DNA from: an uncultured Gemmatimonadaceae bacterium
GTDB taxonomy: Bacteria > Gemmatimonadota > Gemmatimonadetes > Gemmatimonadales > Gemmatimonadaceae
DNA length: 64,000 bases
Assembly (NCBI GenBank): GCA_964438255.1
Contig: CAYTKA010000010.1
Location: 787-64,786, forward strand
Direction of reading: 5' to 3'
In this document: positions 45,126-54,338 of the stretch, one piece after another
Position numbering within the stretch: position 1 is the stretch's first letter
Layout: every line of letters begins with the position of its first letter
Notes under the pieces: model-generated
What the model was told of the DNA's origin: nothing
The model's input: only the letters and a program-made list of their open reading frames with translations
Database searches by the model: none
Made by a program: the position numbers and the translations under genes

Positions 45126-46498
45126 CACTTCCTCACCGCGTCCTTCTGCTTCAGTCCCGGCGTGTAGTCCAGCGACGACTTGTACGGGCGCTCGGGATAG
45201 CCGACGTAGATCTGGCGCGGGCGGGCGATCTTCTGCTCCTTGTCGTTGAGCATCTCCTCCCACTGCGACAGCCACCCTGCGGTCCGCGCGACGGCGAACA
45301 GCACGGTGAAGAAGTCCGTCGGGAACGCCATCGAGCGGTAGATCAGCCCCGTGTAGAAGTCCACGTTCGGGTAGAGCTTCCGCGAGATGAAGTAGTCGTC
45401 GGAGAGCGCGATGCGCTCCAGCTCGAGCGCGATCTCGAGGTCCTTGTCCATCCCGACGACCTTGAACACCTCGTCGGCGAGCTTCTTCACGATGCGCGCG
45501 CGCGGATCGTAGCTCTTGTAGACGCGGTGGCCGAACCCCATCAGGCGGCCCTTCCCCTGCTTCACGCTCTCGATGAACGCGGGAATGTTCTTCTTGTCGC
45601 CGATCTCCTTGATCATGTGCAGCACGGCTTCGTTGGCGCCGCCGTGCAGGGGGCCGTACAGCGCGGCGATGCCGGCGGCGATGGCCGAGAAGGGATCGAC
45701 GTGCGAGCTACCGACGGCGCGCACGGCGTTCGTCGAGCAGTTCTGCTCGTGGTCGGCGTGGAGGATGAACAGCACCTCGAGCGCCTTCACGAAGATCGGG
45801 TTCGCCTCGTATCGCGGCTCCGTCATCCGCGCGACCATCGAGAGGAAGTTCTCGACGTACGACAGCTCGTTGTCGGGGTAGATGAACGGCAGCCCCTTGG
45901 CGTGGCGATAGATGAACGCCGCGATCGTCGGCACCTTGGCGAGCAGGCGTACGATGCTGATGTGTCGCTCCGCCGGGTCCTGGATGTTCTTCGCCGAGGG
46001 ATAGAACGACGACAGCGCCGCGACGGAGCTGCACAGCATCGACATCGGGTGCGCGTCGTAGCGGAAGCCCTGGAGGAACGTCTTGATGTTCTCGTGGACG
46101 TACGTGTGATACGTGATCTGGTGCGTCCAGTCGTCGTATTCCGTCTGCGTCGGCAGCTCGCCGTTGCGCAGGAGCCAGGCGACCTCGAGGAAGCTGGCCT
46201 TCTCGGCGAGCTGCTCGATCTGGTAGCCGCGATAGCGCAGGATTCCCTTGTCACCGTCGATGAAGGTGATGGCGCTCTTGCACGACGCGGTGTTCATGAA
46301 CGCCGGGTCGTACGTCATGAGCCCGAACTCGTCGGGCGTCTGTTTGATCTGCCGCAGATCCATCGCGCGGATGGTGGTGTCGCCCTCCGTGCCCGGCGGC
46401 AGAATTGAAACGTTAAAGTTGGCACCCGTGCGCGTGTCGGTGATCTCGAGCACTCCGGCAGCGGCCGCGCCCGTCCCCTTCGCCTCAGTCTTGCCCAT
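45125..46498 (-). CDS. gltA: Citrate synthase (type II)
   Basis: 457 aa with GILRYRGYQIEQL, LHADHEQNCSTNAVR and GFGHRVYKSYDPRA. Confidence 0.95.
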   Translation of the reverse strand: MGKTEAKGTGAAAAGVLEITDTRTGANFNVSILPPGTEGDTTIRAMDLRQIKQTPDEFGLMTYDPAFMNTASCKSAITFIDGDKGILRYRGYQIEQLAEKASFLEVAWLLRNGELPTQTEYDDWTHQITYHTYVHENIKTFLQGFRYDAHPMSMLCSSVAALSSFYPSAKNIQDPAERHISIVRLLAKVPTIAAFIYRHAKGLPFIYPDNELSYVENFLSMVARMTEPRYEANPIFVKALEVLFILHADHEQNCSTNAVRAVGSSHVDPFSAIAAGIAALYGPLHGGANEAVLHMIKEIGDKKNIPAFIESVKQGKGRLMGFGHRVYKSYDPRARIVKKLADEVFKVVGMDKDLEIALELERIALSDDYFISRKLYPNVDFYTGLIYRSMAFPTDFFTVLFAVARTAGWLSQWEEMLNDKEQKIARPRQIYVGYPERPYKSSLDYTPGLKQKDAVRK

Positions 46499-46615
46499 GT
46501 CAGCTTTCCCCCTGGGATTACCGCATCACTCGGCGGAGCCCGTGCCCGGCCGCGGTTGAAATGTATCGGGGGACGGGGCGGGACGGCATGGTGGTGAACG
46601 GCCGGAGAGCGCTCG

Positions 46616-47101
46616 TCAGCCGCCCCCCATCCCCAGCGCGTAGATGATCTCCCACTCCTTCTCCGAGACCGGCTGTACGCTCAGGCGGCTTCCCTTCTTG
46701 AGCAGCACCATCCCCTCGAGCCCCTTCACGCCGCGCAACTCGGCGAGCGTGACCGGGCGCGCGAGGCGCTCCACGGCGCGGAGATCCACCGACATCCAGG
46801 TCGGCTCGTCGGGGCGGCTCTTCGGGTCGAAGTAGGGATCCCTCCGGTCGAGTGCGGTCGGGTCCGGGTACGCCTCGCGCACCACCTCGACTGTCCCGAC
46901 GACCGCCGTCGGATCGGCACTGGAGTGATAGAAGAAGGCGAGGTCTCCCGTCTTCATCTCGCGCAGGAGGTTGCGCGCCTGGTAGTTTCGCACGCCGGTC
47001 CACGAGGTCGTCCGCCCGGGGCTGGCGAGCAAGTCGTCGAACGAAAAAGCGTCCGGCTCGGACTTCACGAGCCAGAGGCGGCGCGCGCGTGCAGTGCTCA
47101 T
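46616..47101 (-). CDS. EVE (PUA-like) domain protein
   Basis: ATG 47101 gives MSTARARRLWLVKSEPDAFSFDDL...WTGVRNYQARNLLREMKTGDLAFFYHS. Confidence 0.75.
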   Translation of the reverse strand: MSTARARRLWLVKSEPDAFSFDDLLASPGRTTSWTGVRNYQARNLLREMKTGDLAFFYHSSADPTAVVGTVEVVREAYPDPTALDRRDPYFDPKSRPDEPTWMSVDLRAVERLARPVTLAELRGVKGLEGMVLLKKGSRLSVQPVSEKEWEIIYALGMGGG

Positions 47102-47188
47102 GGTCGGATCGGGCGGGAGAGAGAACGGACAATGTAGCACGTTCGGTGCATCTTGTAGTCGGCGCGGCGGACGGTCAGCTTTGGCCGT

Positions 47189-47791
47189 ATGATCGTGCTC
47201 GATGCTCTCGCCACGCTCGCGCAACTGTTGCGCAGCACGCTGCTCGCCGGTGCCGTCATCCTCGCGATCGTTGCGCTGCTCGACTGGAGCGCCCGCACTC
47301 GACGCATCAGCCCCTTCGGTGGCGTCGCGCGGTTCATGCGCGCGCGGGTCGATCCGCGGATGGCTGGCCTCGAGCGCCGGGTCGTGCGCGCCGGCGGCCA
47401 TCCGGCGGCCACCCCCTGGTGGGCCCTCGTCGTGTACGTCGTCGCGGGCGCGCTCCTCCTCGCCGCGATCGACTTTCTCGCCTCGCTGATACGGGAAGCC
47501 GCCTTCGCCTCGTCGATGGGCGCGGGCGGAGTGCTGCTGCTCCTGGTCGGTTGGACCTTCGCCCTTCTGCGCTTCGCTCTGCTGGTGCGCGTCATCGCGT
47601 CCTGGTTTCCGTCGCTCGCCGCGCGACGGTGGGTGTCCTGGAGCTACGGTGTCACAGAGTGGATGCTGCGTCCACTGCGCCGCGTGATTCCCACCGTGGG
47701 AGTGATCGACGTCACACCGCTCGTGGCATACTTCGCGCTTTGGTTAGGGGAAGCCTTTGTCACGAGCGTGTTGAGATCGTTTCTCGTGTGA
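47189..47791 (+). CDS. YggT-family membrane protein
   Basis: 200 aa. C-terminal LLVRVIASWFP...LRPLRRVIPTVGVIDVTPLVA is the YggT repeat. Confidence 0.7.
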   Translation: MIVLDALATLAQLLRSTLLAGAVILAIVALLDWSARTRRISPFGGVARFMRARVDPRMAGLERRVVRAGGHPAATPWWALVVYVVAGALLLAAIDFLASLIREAAFASSMGAGGVLLLLVGWTFALLRFALLVRVIASWFPSLAARRWVSWSYGVTEWMLRPLRRVIPTVGVIDVTPLVAYFALWLGEAFVTSVLRSFLV

Positions 47792-47792
47792 C

Positions 47793-48098
47793 GTGAGCGT
47801 ATTGCGCATCGAGGCACGAGGAGCGAGGATACGCATCAGCGTCCACGTGCAGCCGCGGGCGTCGCGCAGCGAAGTCGTCGGCATACACGGCGCGGCGCTG
47901 AAAGTGCGTCTCCTCGCTCCGCCGGTCGATGGCGCAGCGAACGATGCACTGGTGGAGTTTCTGGCCGAGGGGTTGCACGTACCCAGACGCGCCGTGCGGA
48001 TCGTGGCGGGTGAGACGTCACGCAGCAAGACGGTGGAGATCGAAGGCACGACGGAGGCCGCGGTGCGCGCGCTCGCGGCCGGCGAAGGGAGACCCTGA
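47793..48098 (+). CDS. DUF167 (YggU) family protein
   Basis: GTG start. ISVHVQPRASRSEVVGIHG..LKVRLLAPPVDGAANDALVEFLA. Confidence 0.75.
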   Translation: MSVLRIEARGARIRISVHVQPRASRSEVVGIHGAALKVRLLAPPVDGAANDALVEFLAEGLHVPRRAVRIVAGETSRSKTVEIEGTTEAAVRALAAGEGRP

Positions 48099-48114
48099 CG
48101 GAGTACCGCGATCG

Positions 48115-48525
48115 ATGACGCATGTGATGCTGGTCGGAGGCGACGTCGCCCTGCTCGAAGGACTCGCGCAATCGCTCGCCGCGCTTGGCCATGTGCCGCA
48201 CGTCACGCGAACCCTCGCCGAAGCGCGGGAGGTCGCCGGTGGAAATCCGCCGCTCGTGCTCGTCGTGGATCGGGCGCTCGCCAGCAGTGCTGGTGCAGAG
48301 CTGCTCGGGACACCGATCGCTGCCGGAGGGGCGCGCCTGCTGTACCGCACGGCCGCCTCGCCCCTCGCACCGCTGCTTCCCGCGCTGCAACGCGCGGTGC
48401 TCGCCGATCTGACTCTACCGCTGGAGCGACACCGGCTCGCGGCGCTCGTGCAGTCGGTAGGCGAACGCGCGCGGCTCAGCGGCCGCACGCAGCGCAACAC
48501 GCCGCCGGAGACGCGAACTCTCTAA
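48115..48525 (+). CDS. Hypothetical protein with degenerate receiver-like fold
   Basis: ATG 48115 gives MTHVMLVGGDVALLEGL...PLVLVVDRAL. The acidic pocket is only partly retained and no conserved Lys was recognised. Confidence 0.35.
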   Translation: MTHVMLVGGDVALLEGLAQSLAALGHVPHVTRTLAEAREVAGGNPPLVLVVDRALASSAGAELLGTPIAAGGARLLYRTAASPLAPLLPALQRAVLADLTLPLERHRLAALVQSVGERARLSGRTQRNTPPETRTL

Positions 48526-48538
48526 GAGGGTTTTCCTC

Positions 48539-48994
48539 TCACGGCAGGTCCTTGGCGTGCACCCCCTTGTATCGGCTCACGCTCGACCGCTCGCGATCGA
48601 GCTCGGGGATGTGGCGCTCGTCATAGCCGAGACGCCGGAAGAACTCTCCGCTGTTGCTCACCGCGAACACAGTCGCATACCCGCGCACGCGCGCCAGTCG
48701 CTCCAGCCCGGCCACGAGGGCCGCGCCGACCCCGAGTCCCTGTGCGCCCGGCGCGACGGCGAGCGAGCGCACCTCGGCGAGGCTCGGGGCGTACTCGTCG
48801 AGGTGCACGCAGCCGATCACGTCGCCTTCCGAATCGGCGACGAGAAAGTGGTGCACGTTGAGGTGGACGAATTCCGGCGTGCGAGGAAGCAGCTCCCCAC
48901 TCGGCACGTTGAGATCGATGAGCGCGACGATGGCGTCGACGTCGGCAAGGGTCGCGGTACGGATGACGTACGGCTGCGTGGCGCGGCTGGGCAT
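48539..48994 (-). CDS. GNAT acetyltransferase, short ArgA (N-acetylglutamate synthase)-like
   Basis: 151 aa with EVRSLAVAPGAQGLGVGAALV and ...FFRRLGY. Size and motifs resemble single-domain NAGS. Confidence 0.65.
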   Translation of the reverse strand: MPSRATQPYVIRTATLADVDAIVALIDLNVPSGELLPRTPEFVHLNVHHFLVADSEGDVIGCVHLDEYAPSLAEVRSLAVAPGAQGLGVGAALVAGLERLARVRGYATVFAVSNSGEFFRRLGYDERHIPELDRERSSVSRYKGVHAKDLP

Positions 48995-49055
48995 GGCGAG
49001 CGAACGAGATGACGAAGTTGGTGAAGCCGGATGATAGCGACCGGACGCAAGGCCG

Positions 49056-50093
49056 CTACGGCTTCAGCGTCGTCGCCAGGGTGTTCGCCGCCCGGCTCAG
49101 CTCGAGCGCGATCTCGGTCCACCACGAGCCGGCCCGTGGGCCGCCCTGGCAGGTTCCGTCCGATTCGCCCGGCTGCTTGATCCAGAGAAAGGCGTCGACC
49201 AGCGGATGTCCGGTGTTCGTCGTCGGCGCGACGCCGAGCGCCTGGCCACGCGGGTTGCACCACTCCATGGCCGTGCCGAGCCCGTTACGGCTGGTGTCGA
49301 TGATGAAGTGCTTGCCGCCGAGGAGGCGCGACAGCCGCTCGCCGTAGGCGATGTTCACCGCGTTGGTCATGTAGTTCGAAACGTTCAGCGAGAAGCCGTC
49401 CGCCGCGTCGACGTCCGCGGCGCGCAGGCGCGCGGCCATCACGTCGGCCGATTTCCATCTCGCATTGCCCGCGTCGATGTACACGGCGGCGCCCTGCGCC
49501 TTGAGCGCATGCACGGCATCTCGGAGCAGCGCGAGACGATCCTGCTGTCCTCCCGCGCTCAGGCAGTCCATGCCGGGAAGCGCATCGGGCTCGAGCACCA
49601 CGAGCGCCTGGCGTCCGCGAAGGCCGTTGGCGAACGAGCGGATCCACGAGCGGTAGGCGTCACTCCCGCTCGCGCCCCCCGCTGAATACTGACCGCAGTC
49701 ACGCCCGGGAATGTTGTAGGCGACGAACACCGGCATGGCACCGGCGCGCGTGATCGCGGAGACCGCGTTGTCCACCTCGCGGCCGATGTCCGCCACCCAG
49801 CCGCCGAGCCACTTCGCCGCCGGCTGGTCAGCGATCCGTGCGAGCATTGCAGCATCCTGCGGACGCGACCGGCGCAGTGTCTCCGCCTGTCGCCGTGCCT
49901 CCGAGTTGGGGTCCACGTAGAGCCGCTTCCCCGCGAGCGGATTTCGCTGGAGCAGCGCGGCGAGAAACGAGCCGGGAAGCGCCGCCCCGACGAGCGCCGG
50001 AAGTGAGACGACGAGGGCGAGTCGCGTGAGCCTCGCCGTGCGCCGGCCTCTCCCTCCCAGGAGGTGCGCCGGTCTAGGGCCGACGGTCCGCAT
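49056..50093 (-). CDS. Glycoside hydrolase family 6 (endoglucanase/cellobiohydrolase-like), secreted
   Basis: 345 aa with VAYNIPGRDCGQYSAGG, LVVLEPDALP, YIDAGNARW, IDTSRNG and WIKQPGESDG, the GH6 catalytic motifs. Confidence 0.85.
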   Translation of the reverse strand: MRTVGPRPAHLLGGRGRRTARLTRLALVVSLPALVGAALPGSFLAALLQRNPLAGKRLYVDPNSEARRQAETLRRSRPQDAAMLARIADQPAAKWLGGWVADIGREVDNAVSAITRAGAMPVFVAYNIPGRDCGQYSAGGASGSDAYRSWIRSFANGLRGRQALVVLEPDALPGMDCLSAGGQQDRLALLRDAVHALKAQGAAVYIDAGNARWKSADVMAARLRAADVDAADGFSLNVSNYMTNAVNIAYGERLSRLLGGKHFIIDTSRNGLGTAMEWCNPRGQALGVAPTTNTGHPLVDAFLWIKQPGESDGTCQGGPRAGSWWTEIALELSRAANTLATTLKP

Positions 50094-50508
50094 GGGAGCC
50101 GGCGCCCGACGACGACGGGCTTCCCTTCGCGTCGGCGATCTGCCGCATCATGTACGCGATCCGCGCGGTGAGAATGCGCGTCGCACGGATGTCGTAATGT
50201 GACTTGACCCACAGCACAGCGAGATCTCCGATCGCCCACAGCAGCCCGGCAAAGATCAGGAGGCGCACCGCTTCCGCGAGCAGCACGCCGATCGACACCG
50301 GCACCGTGCCGGTGAAACCGAAGAAGAGCTGCGCCGCCATGAGCAGCAACAGGATGATCGCCATGCCGCGGAAGAGAATGGCGAGGGCGCGAATCCCCTT
50401 CACCGGCTCGATGTCGTCCTCGCGGACCTCGACGCCGGCGAGCAGGTGCCGCTCGCCGCTGACCCGGCGGTCGTCCGCGGTGATGGTGCTGCCTGAATCT
50501 CTATCCAT
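50074..50508 (-). CDS. Hypothetical membrane protein (3 TM)
   Basis: ATG 50508 gives MDRDSGSTITADD.... Hydrophobic core ALAILFRGMAIILLLLMAAQLFFGF. No family recognised. Confidence 0.4.
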   Translation of the reverse strand: MDRDSGSTITADDRRVSGERHLLAGVEVREDDIEPVKGIRALAILFRGMAIILLLLMAAQLFFGFTGTVPVSIGVLLAEAVRLLIFAGLLWAIGDLAVLWVKSHYDIRATRILTARIAYMMRQIADAKGSPSSSGAGSHADRRP

Positions 50509-50591
50509 GGTCTGGTATACCGCGTGAGGATGGCGTGTGGTCCGACGACCACGCGATCGCCGAGGGTGCAAGGATCGCACCCCGGAACTGC

Positions 50592-50620
50592 TTGCTTCTG
50601 CCATGCGCGCCGGCTATCTA
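50592..50620 (+). promoter_or_regulatory. Sigma-70-like promoter candidate TTGCTT-N17-TATCTA
   Basis: TTGCTT 50592-50597, a 17-nt spacer, and TATCTA 50615-50620, upstream of the metH leader. Confidence 0.35.
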
Positions 50621-50657
50621 TAAAGGGTACCACAAAGCGCACCACACAACCGTCGTC

Positions 50658-50741
50658 GTGGCGATTTCCAGCAAATTGCGGCCACGTTAATCCTCTGCTA
50701 AAGCGCGAGCCCGCACGCCGATCGCGTTTGGGCCTTTTTTT
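50658..50741 (+). promoter_or_regulatory. Candidate riboswitch/attenuator leader (motif copy A) with intrinsic terminator, upstream of metH
   Basis: Hairpin CGUGGC...GCCACG with the loop starting GAUUU, conserved tail GUUAA...UGCUAA..GCGCGA, then GCCC(GC)...(GC)GuuuGGGC and a U7 run (50735-50741), 15 nt before the metH ATG. About 41/57 aligned positions are identical to the copy at 56665-56725. Confidence 0.55.
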
Positions 50742-50755
50742 CGTCCGGTACTTCG

Positions 50756-53700
50756 ATGTCCGATTCTCCTGCATTCTCCCCGCATCGCTCGTCCTCTCCC
50801 TACCTCCGTGCGCTGGACGAGCGCGTGCTCGTCTACGACGGGGCAATGGGGACGAACATTCAGCGGCACAATCCCACCGCCGAGGACTACGGGGGCAAGT
50901 CGCTCGAGGGGTGCAACGACAACCTCGTCCTCACGCGGCCGGACATCATCCAGTCCATCCACGAGTCCTTCCTCGCCGTGGGCTGCGACGTGGTGGAGAC
51001 CTGTACCTTCCAGAGCACGCCGCACCGTCTGCGCGAGTGGGGGATCGAGGACAAGGCTCGCGACCTCAACGTTCGAGCAGCGCAGCTCGCCCGCGCGGCG
51101 TGCGACAAATACGCCACCCCCGACCGCCCGCGCTTCGTCGCCGGCTCGATCGGCCCGACGGGAATGCTCCCGTCGAGCAGCGATCCCGCCCTGTCCAACA
51201 TCACCTTCGATGCGCTCGCCGAAACGTACTACCTCCAGGCCAAGTACCTGGCTGAGGGAGGAGTGGACGTGCTGCTCGTCGAGACGGCGCAGGACATCCT
51301 CGAGGTCAAGGCGGCGCTCACCGGCTTCGAGCGGCTGTTCGCCGAGCTGGGACGTCGCATCCCGGTGCAGGCGCAGGTCACGCTCGACGTGAGCGGCCGC
51401 ATGCTGCTCGGCACCGACATCGCCAGCGCGCTCACCACGCTCGAGGCGATGCGCGTGGACGTCGTGGGGCTCAACTGCTCCACCGGCCCCGAGCACATGC
51501 GCGAGCCCGTGCGCTTCCTCACCGAGCACGCGTCGCTCCCCATCTCGGTGATCCCGAACGCCGGCCTTCCCCTCAACACCGGCACGGGTGAGGCGATCTA
51601 TCCCCTCGAGCCGAAGCCGATGGCGGGGATGCTGCGTGACTTCGTCGAGGAGTTCGGCGTGCGCATCGTCGGCGGCTGCTGCGGCACGACGCCGGAGCAC
51701 CTGCGGGAGATCGTGTCCGCCGTGCGCACCGCCGATCCGGTGGAGCGGCCCGCACACGCGCGCGAGGCAACGGTGTCGTCGGCCATGCGCGCGACGTCGA
51801 TCCGGCAGGAGCCGGCGCCGCTCCTCGTCGGCGAGCGCGTGAACGCGCAGGGGTCGCGCAAGGTGAAGCGGCTGCTGCTCGCCGACGACTACGAGGGGAT
51901 CCTCGAGGTCGCGCGCGAGCAGCAGGAGTCGGGTGCGCACGTGCTCGACATCTGCGTCGCCGTCACCGAGCGCGCCGACGAAGCCGACCAGATGGCGAAG
52001 CTGGTCAAGCTGCTCTCGATGAGCGTCGAGACACCGCTCATGATCGACTCCACCGAGGCGCCGGTCATCGAGGCCGCGCTGGAGCACGTGCCGGGGCGCG
52101 CGATCATCAACTCCATCAACATGGAGAATGGCCGCAAGCGCATCGACTCCGTGGTGCCGATCGCCAAGAAGCACGGCGCCGCGCTCGTGGCGCTGACGAT
52201 CGATCCGATCGGCATGGCCAAGACACGCGAGCGCAAGCTCGAGGTGGCGAAGAAGATCTACGACATCGTCGTCGGCGAGTACGGCCTGAAGCCGGAAGAT
52301 CTCGTCTACGACGCGCTCACCTTCACCCTCGCCACGGGCGACGCGGAGTGGGTGGACAGCGCGCACGAGACGATCGAGGGGATCCGCCTGATCAAGCGCG
52401 AGCTGCCCGGTGTCTTCACCATCCTCGGGGTCTCCAACGTGAGCTTCGGGCTCGATCCCGACGCGCGGCACGTGCTCAACTCCGTCTTCCTGCATCACTG
52501 CGTGGCAGCGGGGCTCGACGCGGCCATCGTCAACCCGGCGCACATCAAGCCGTACGCCGAGATCAGCGCCGAAGAGCGTACGCTGGCGGACGATCTCGTG
52601 TTCAATCGTCGGCCGGATGCGCTCCAGCGGTTCATCGACGCCTTCGCCAGCAAGGGCGGGAGCAGCGCCGTCGAGGAGAAGGAAGATCCGACGGCCGGCA
52701 TGACACCGGAGCAGAAAGTCCACTGGATGGTCCTTCATCGCAAGAAGGAAGGGATCGAGGACGCGCTCGATACCGCCGGCGTGCAGGAGAATCCGGTGCG
52801 CGTGCTCAACGACGTACTGCTCCCCGCCATGAAGGAGGTCGGCGACAAGTTCGGCGCCGGTGAGCTCATCCTTCCCTTCGTGCTCCAGAGCGCCGAGGTG
52901 ATGAAGAAGGCGGTGAAGCACCTCGAGCAGTTCCTGGAGAAGGCGGAGGGCTACACGAAGGGCAAGGTCGTGCTGGCCACCGTGTATGGAGACGTGCACG
53001 ACATCGGCAAGTCGCTCGTCAACACGATCCTCAGCAACAACGGCTACACCGTGTTCGACCTCGGCAAGCAGGTGCCGGTGAACACGATCATCGAGAAGGC
53101 GCTCGAGGTGGAGGCCGACGCGATCGGACTGTCCGCGCTGCTCGTGAGCACGAGCAAGCAGATGCCGCTCTGCGTGCAGGAGCTCGACAAGCGCGGCATT
53201 CAGATCCCCGTGCTCATCGGCGGCGCGGCGATCAACCGCCGTTTCGGCCGGCGCGCGATGTTCGTCGACGGCGAGCGCCCGTACGACTCCGGCGTCTTCT
53301 ACTGCAAGGACGCGTTCGAGGGGCTGGAGACGATGGACTCGCTTCAGGACAGCCCCGAGCGGCGGCGGGACGCCATCGCGCGCCTCATCGACGAGGCGCG
53401 CAAGGACGTCTTCCTGCACGGCAACGTCGGCAAGGACGTGAAGGCGGGGATCGCCGGCGGCGAGCGGAGCGACGTGACGCACGATCACGCCATTCCGTCA
53501 GCGCCGTTCTTCGGCACGCGCGTGCTGAACGACATCCCGCTGAACGAGGTGTTCGACCTGCTCGACCTCGACGAGCTGTATCGCCTCCAGTGGGGCGGCC
53601 GCGGCTCGGGGCCGGAGTTCGAGCGCATGGTGCGCGAGGAATTCGAGCCCACGCTCGAGCGGCTGAAGAAGGAAGCGCTGGCCGAAGGGTGGGTGACGCC

Positions 53701-54283
53701 GCGTGCCGTGTACGGCTACTTCCCGGCGCAGAGCGTCGGCAACGAGCTGGTCGTCTACGACCCTGACGCGTACGCGAAGGACGGCTCGCTCGTGGAGAAG
53801 ACGCGCTTCCATTTCCCGAGACAGGAAGGGCGCGAGCGGCTGTGCATCGCCGATTACTTCCGCTCGTCCACCAGCGGCGACGTCGACGTCGTCGGCTTCC
53901 AGATCGTGACGGTGGGCGACGAGGCGACGCGTCGCTTCGAGGCGTTGCAGGCGGCGGGCGAGTACACGGAGGCGTTCTACTCCCATGGCCTTGCTGTCGA
54001 GACGGCGGAGGCGGTCGCCGAGTGGCTGCACCGCCACGCACGTCGCGAGCTCGGGATTCCCGGCGGGCGCGGCAAGCGCTACTCGTGGGGGTACGGCGCC
54101 TGCCCCGACCTCGAGGACCACGCGCAGCTCTTCACGCTGCTCCCCGCCGAGGCGGCGCTGGGCATGGAGCTGACGTCGGCGTTCCAGCTCATTCCGGAGC
54201 AGAGCACGGCGGCGATCATCGTGCATCACCCGCAGGCCAAGTATTACGCGGTTCGTACGGGCGGGGAGGCAGTGCTGTCGTGA
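50756..54283 (+). CDS. metH: Cobalamin-dependent methionine synthase
   Basis: 1175 aa. Hcy-binding domain (VYDGAMGTNIQ, GGCCGTTPEH), pterin-binding domain, B12 domain (GDVHDIGK) and AdoMet-activation domain (RYSWGYGACPDL). Confidence 0.95.
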   Translation: MSDSPAFSPHRSSSPYLRALDERVLVYDGAMGTNIQRHNPTAEDYGGKSLEGCNDNLVLTRPDIIQSIHESFLAVGCDVVETCTFQSTPHRLREWGIEDKARDLNVRAAQLARAACDKYATPDRPRFVAGSIGPTGMLPSSSDPALSNITFDALAETYYLQAKYLAEGGVDVLLVETAQDILEVKAALTGFERLFAELGRRIPVQAQVTLDVSGRMLLGTDIASALTTLEAMRVDVVGLNCSTGPEHMREPVRFLTEHASLPISVIPNAGLPLNTGTGEAIYPLEPKPMAGMLRDFVEEFGVRIVGGCCGTTPEHLREIVSAVRTADPVERPAHAREATVSSAMRATSIRQEPAPLLVGERVNAQGSRKVKRLLLADDYEGILEVAREQQESGAHVLDICVAVTERADEADQMAKLVKLLSMSVETPLMIDSTEAPVIEAALEHVPGRAIINSINMENGRKRIDSVVPIAKKHGAALVALTIDPIGMAKTRERKLEVAKKIYDIVVGEYGLKPEDLVYDALTFTLATGDAEWVDSAHETIEGIRLIKRELPGVFTILGVSNVSFGLDPDARHVLNSVFLHHCVAAGLDAAIVNPAHIKPYAEISAEERTLADDLVFNRRPDALQRFIDAFASKGGSSAVEEKEDPTAGMTPEQKVHWMVLHRKKEGIEDALDTAGVQENPVRVLNDVLLPAMKEVGDKFGAGELILPFVLQSAEVMKKAVKHLEQFLEKAEGYTKGKVVLATVYGDVHDIGKSLVNTILSNNGYTVFDLGKQVPVNTIIEKALEVEADAIGLSALLVSTSKQMPLCVQELDKRGIQIPVLIGGAAINRRFGRRAMFVDGERPYDSGVFYCKDAFEGLETMDSLQDSPERRRDAIARLIDEARKDVFLHGNVGKDVKAGIAGGERSDVTHDHAIPSAPFFGTRVLNDIPLNEVFDLLDLDELYRLQWGGRGSGPEFERMVREEFEPTLERLKKEALAEGWVTPRAVYGYFPAQSVGNELVVYDPDAYAKDGSLVEKTRFHFPRQEGRERLCIADYFRSSTSGDVDVVGFQIVTVGDEATRRFEALQAAGEYTEAFYSHGLAVETAEAVAEWLHRHARRELGIPGGRGKRYSWGYGACPDLEDHAQLFTLLPAEAALGMELTSAFQLIPEQSTAAIIVHHPQAKYYAVRTGGEAVLS

Positions 54284-54338
54284 ACGACAAACGCGAGTAT
54301 CTCGCAGGCGGTACTTCCGTACCTCGAACGCGCGTGGA

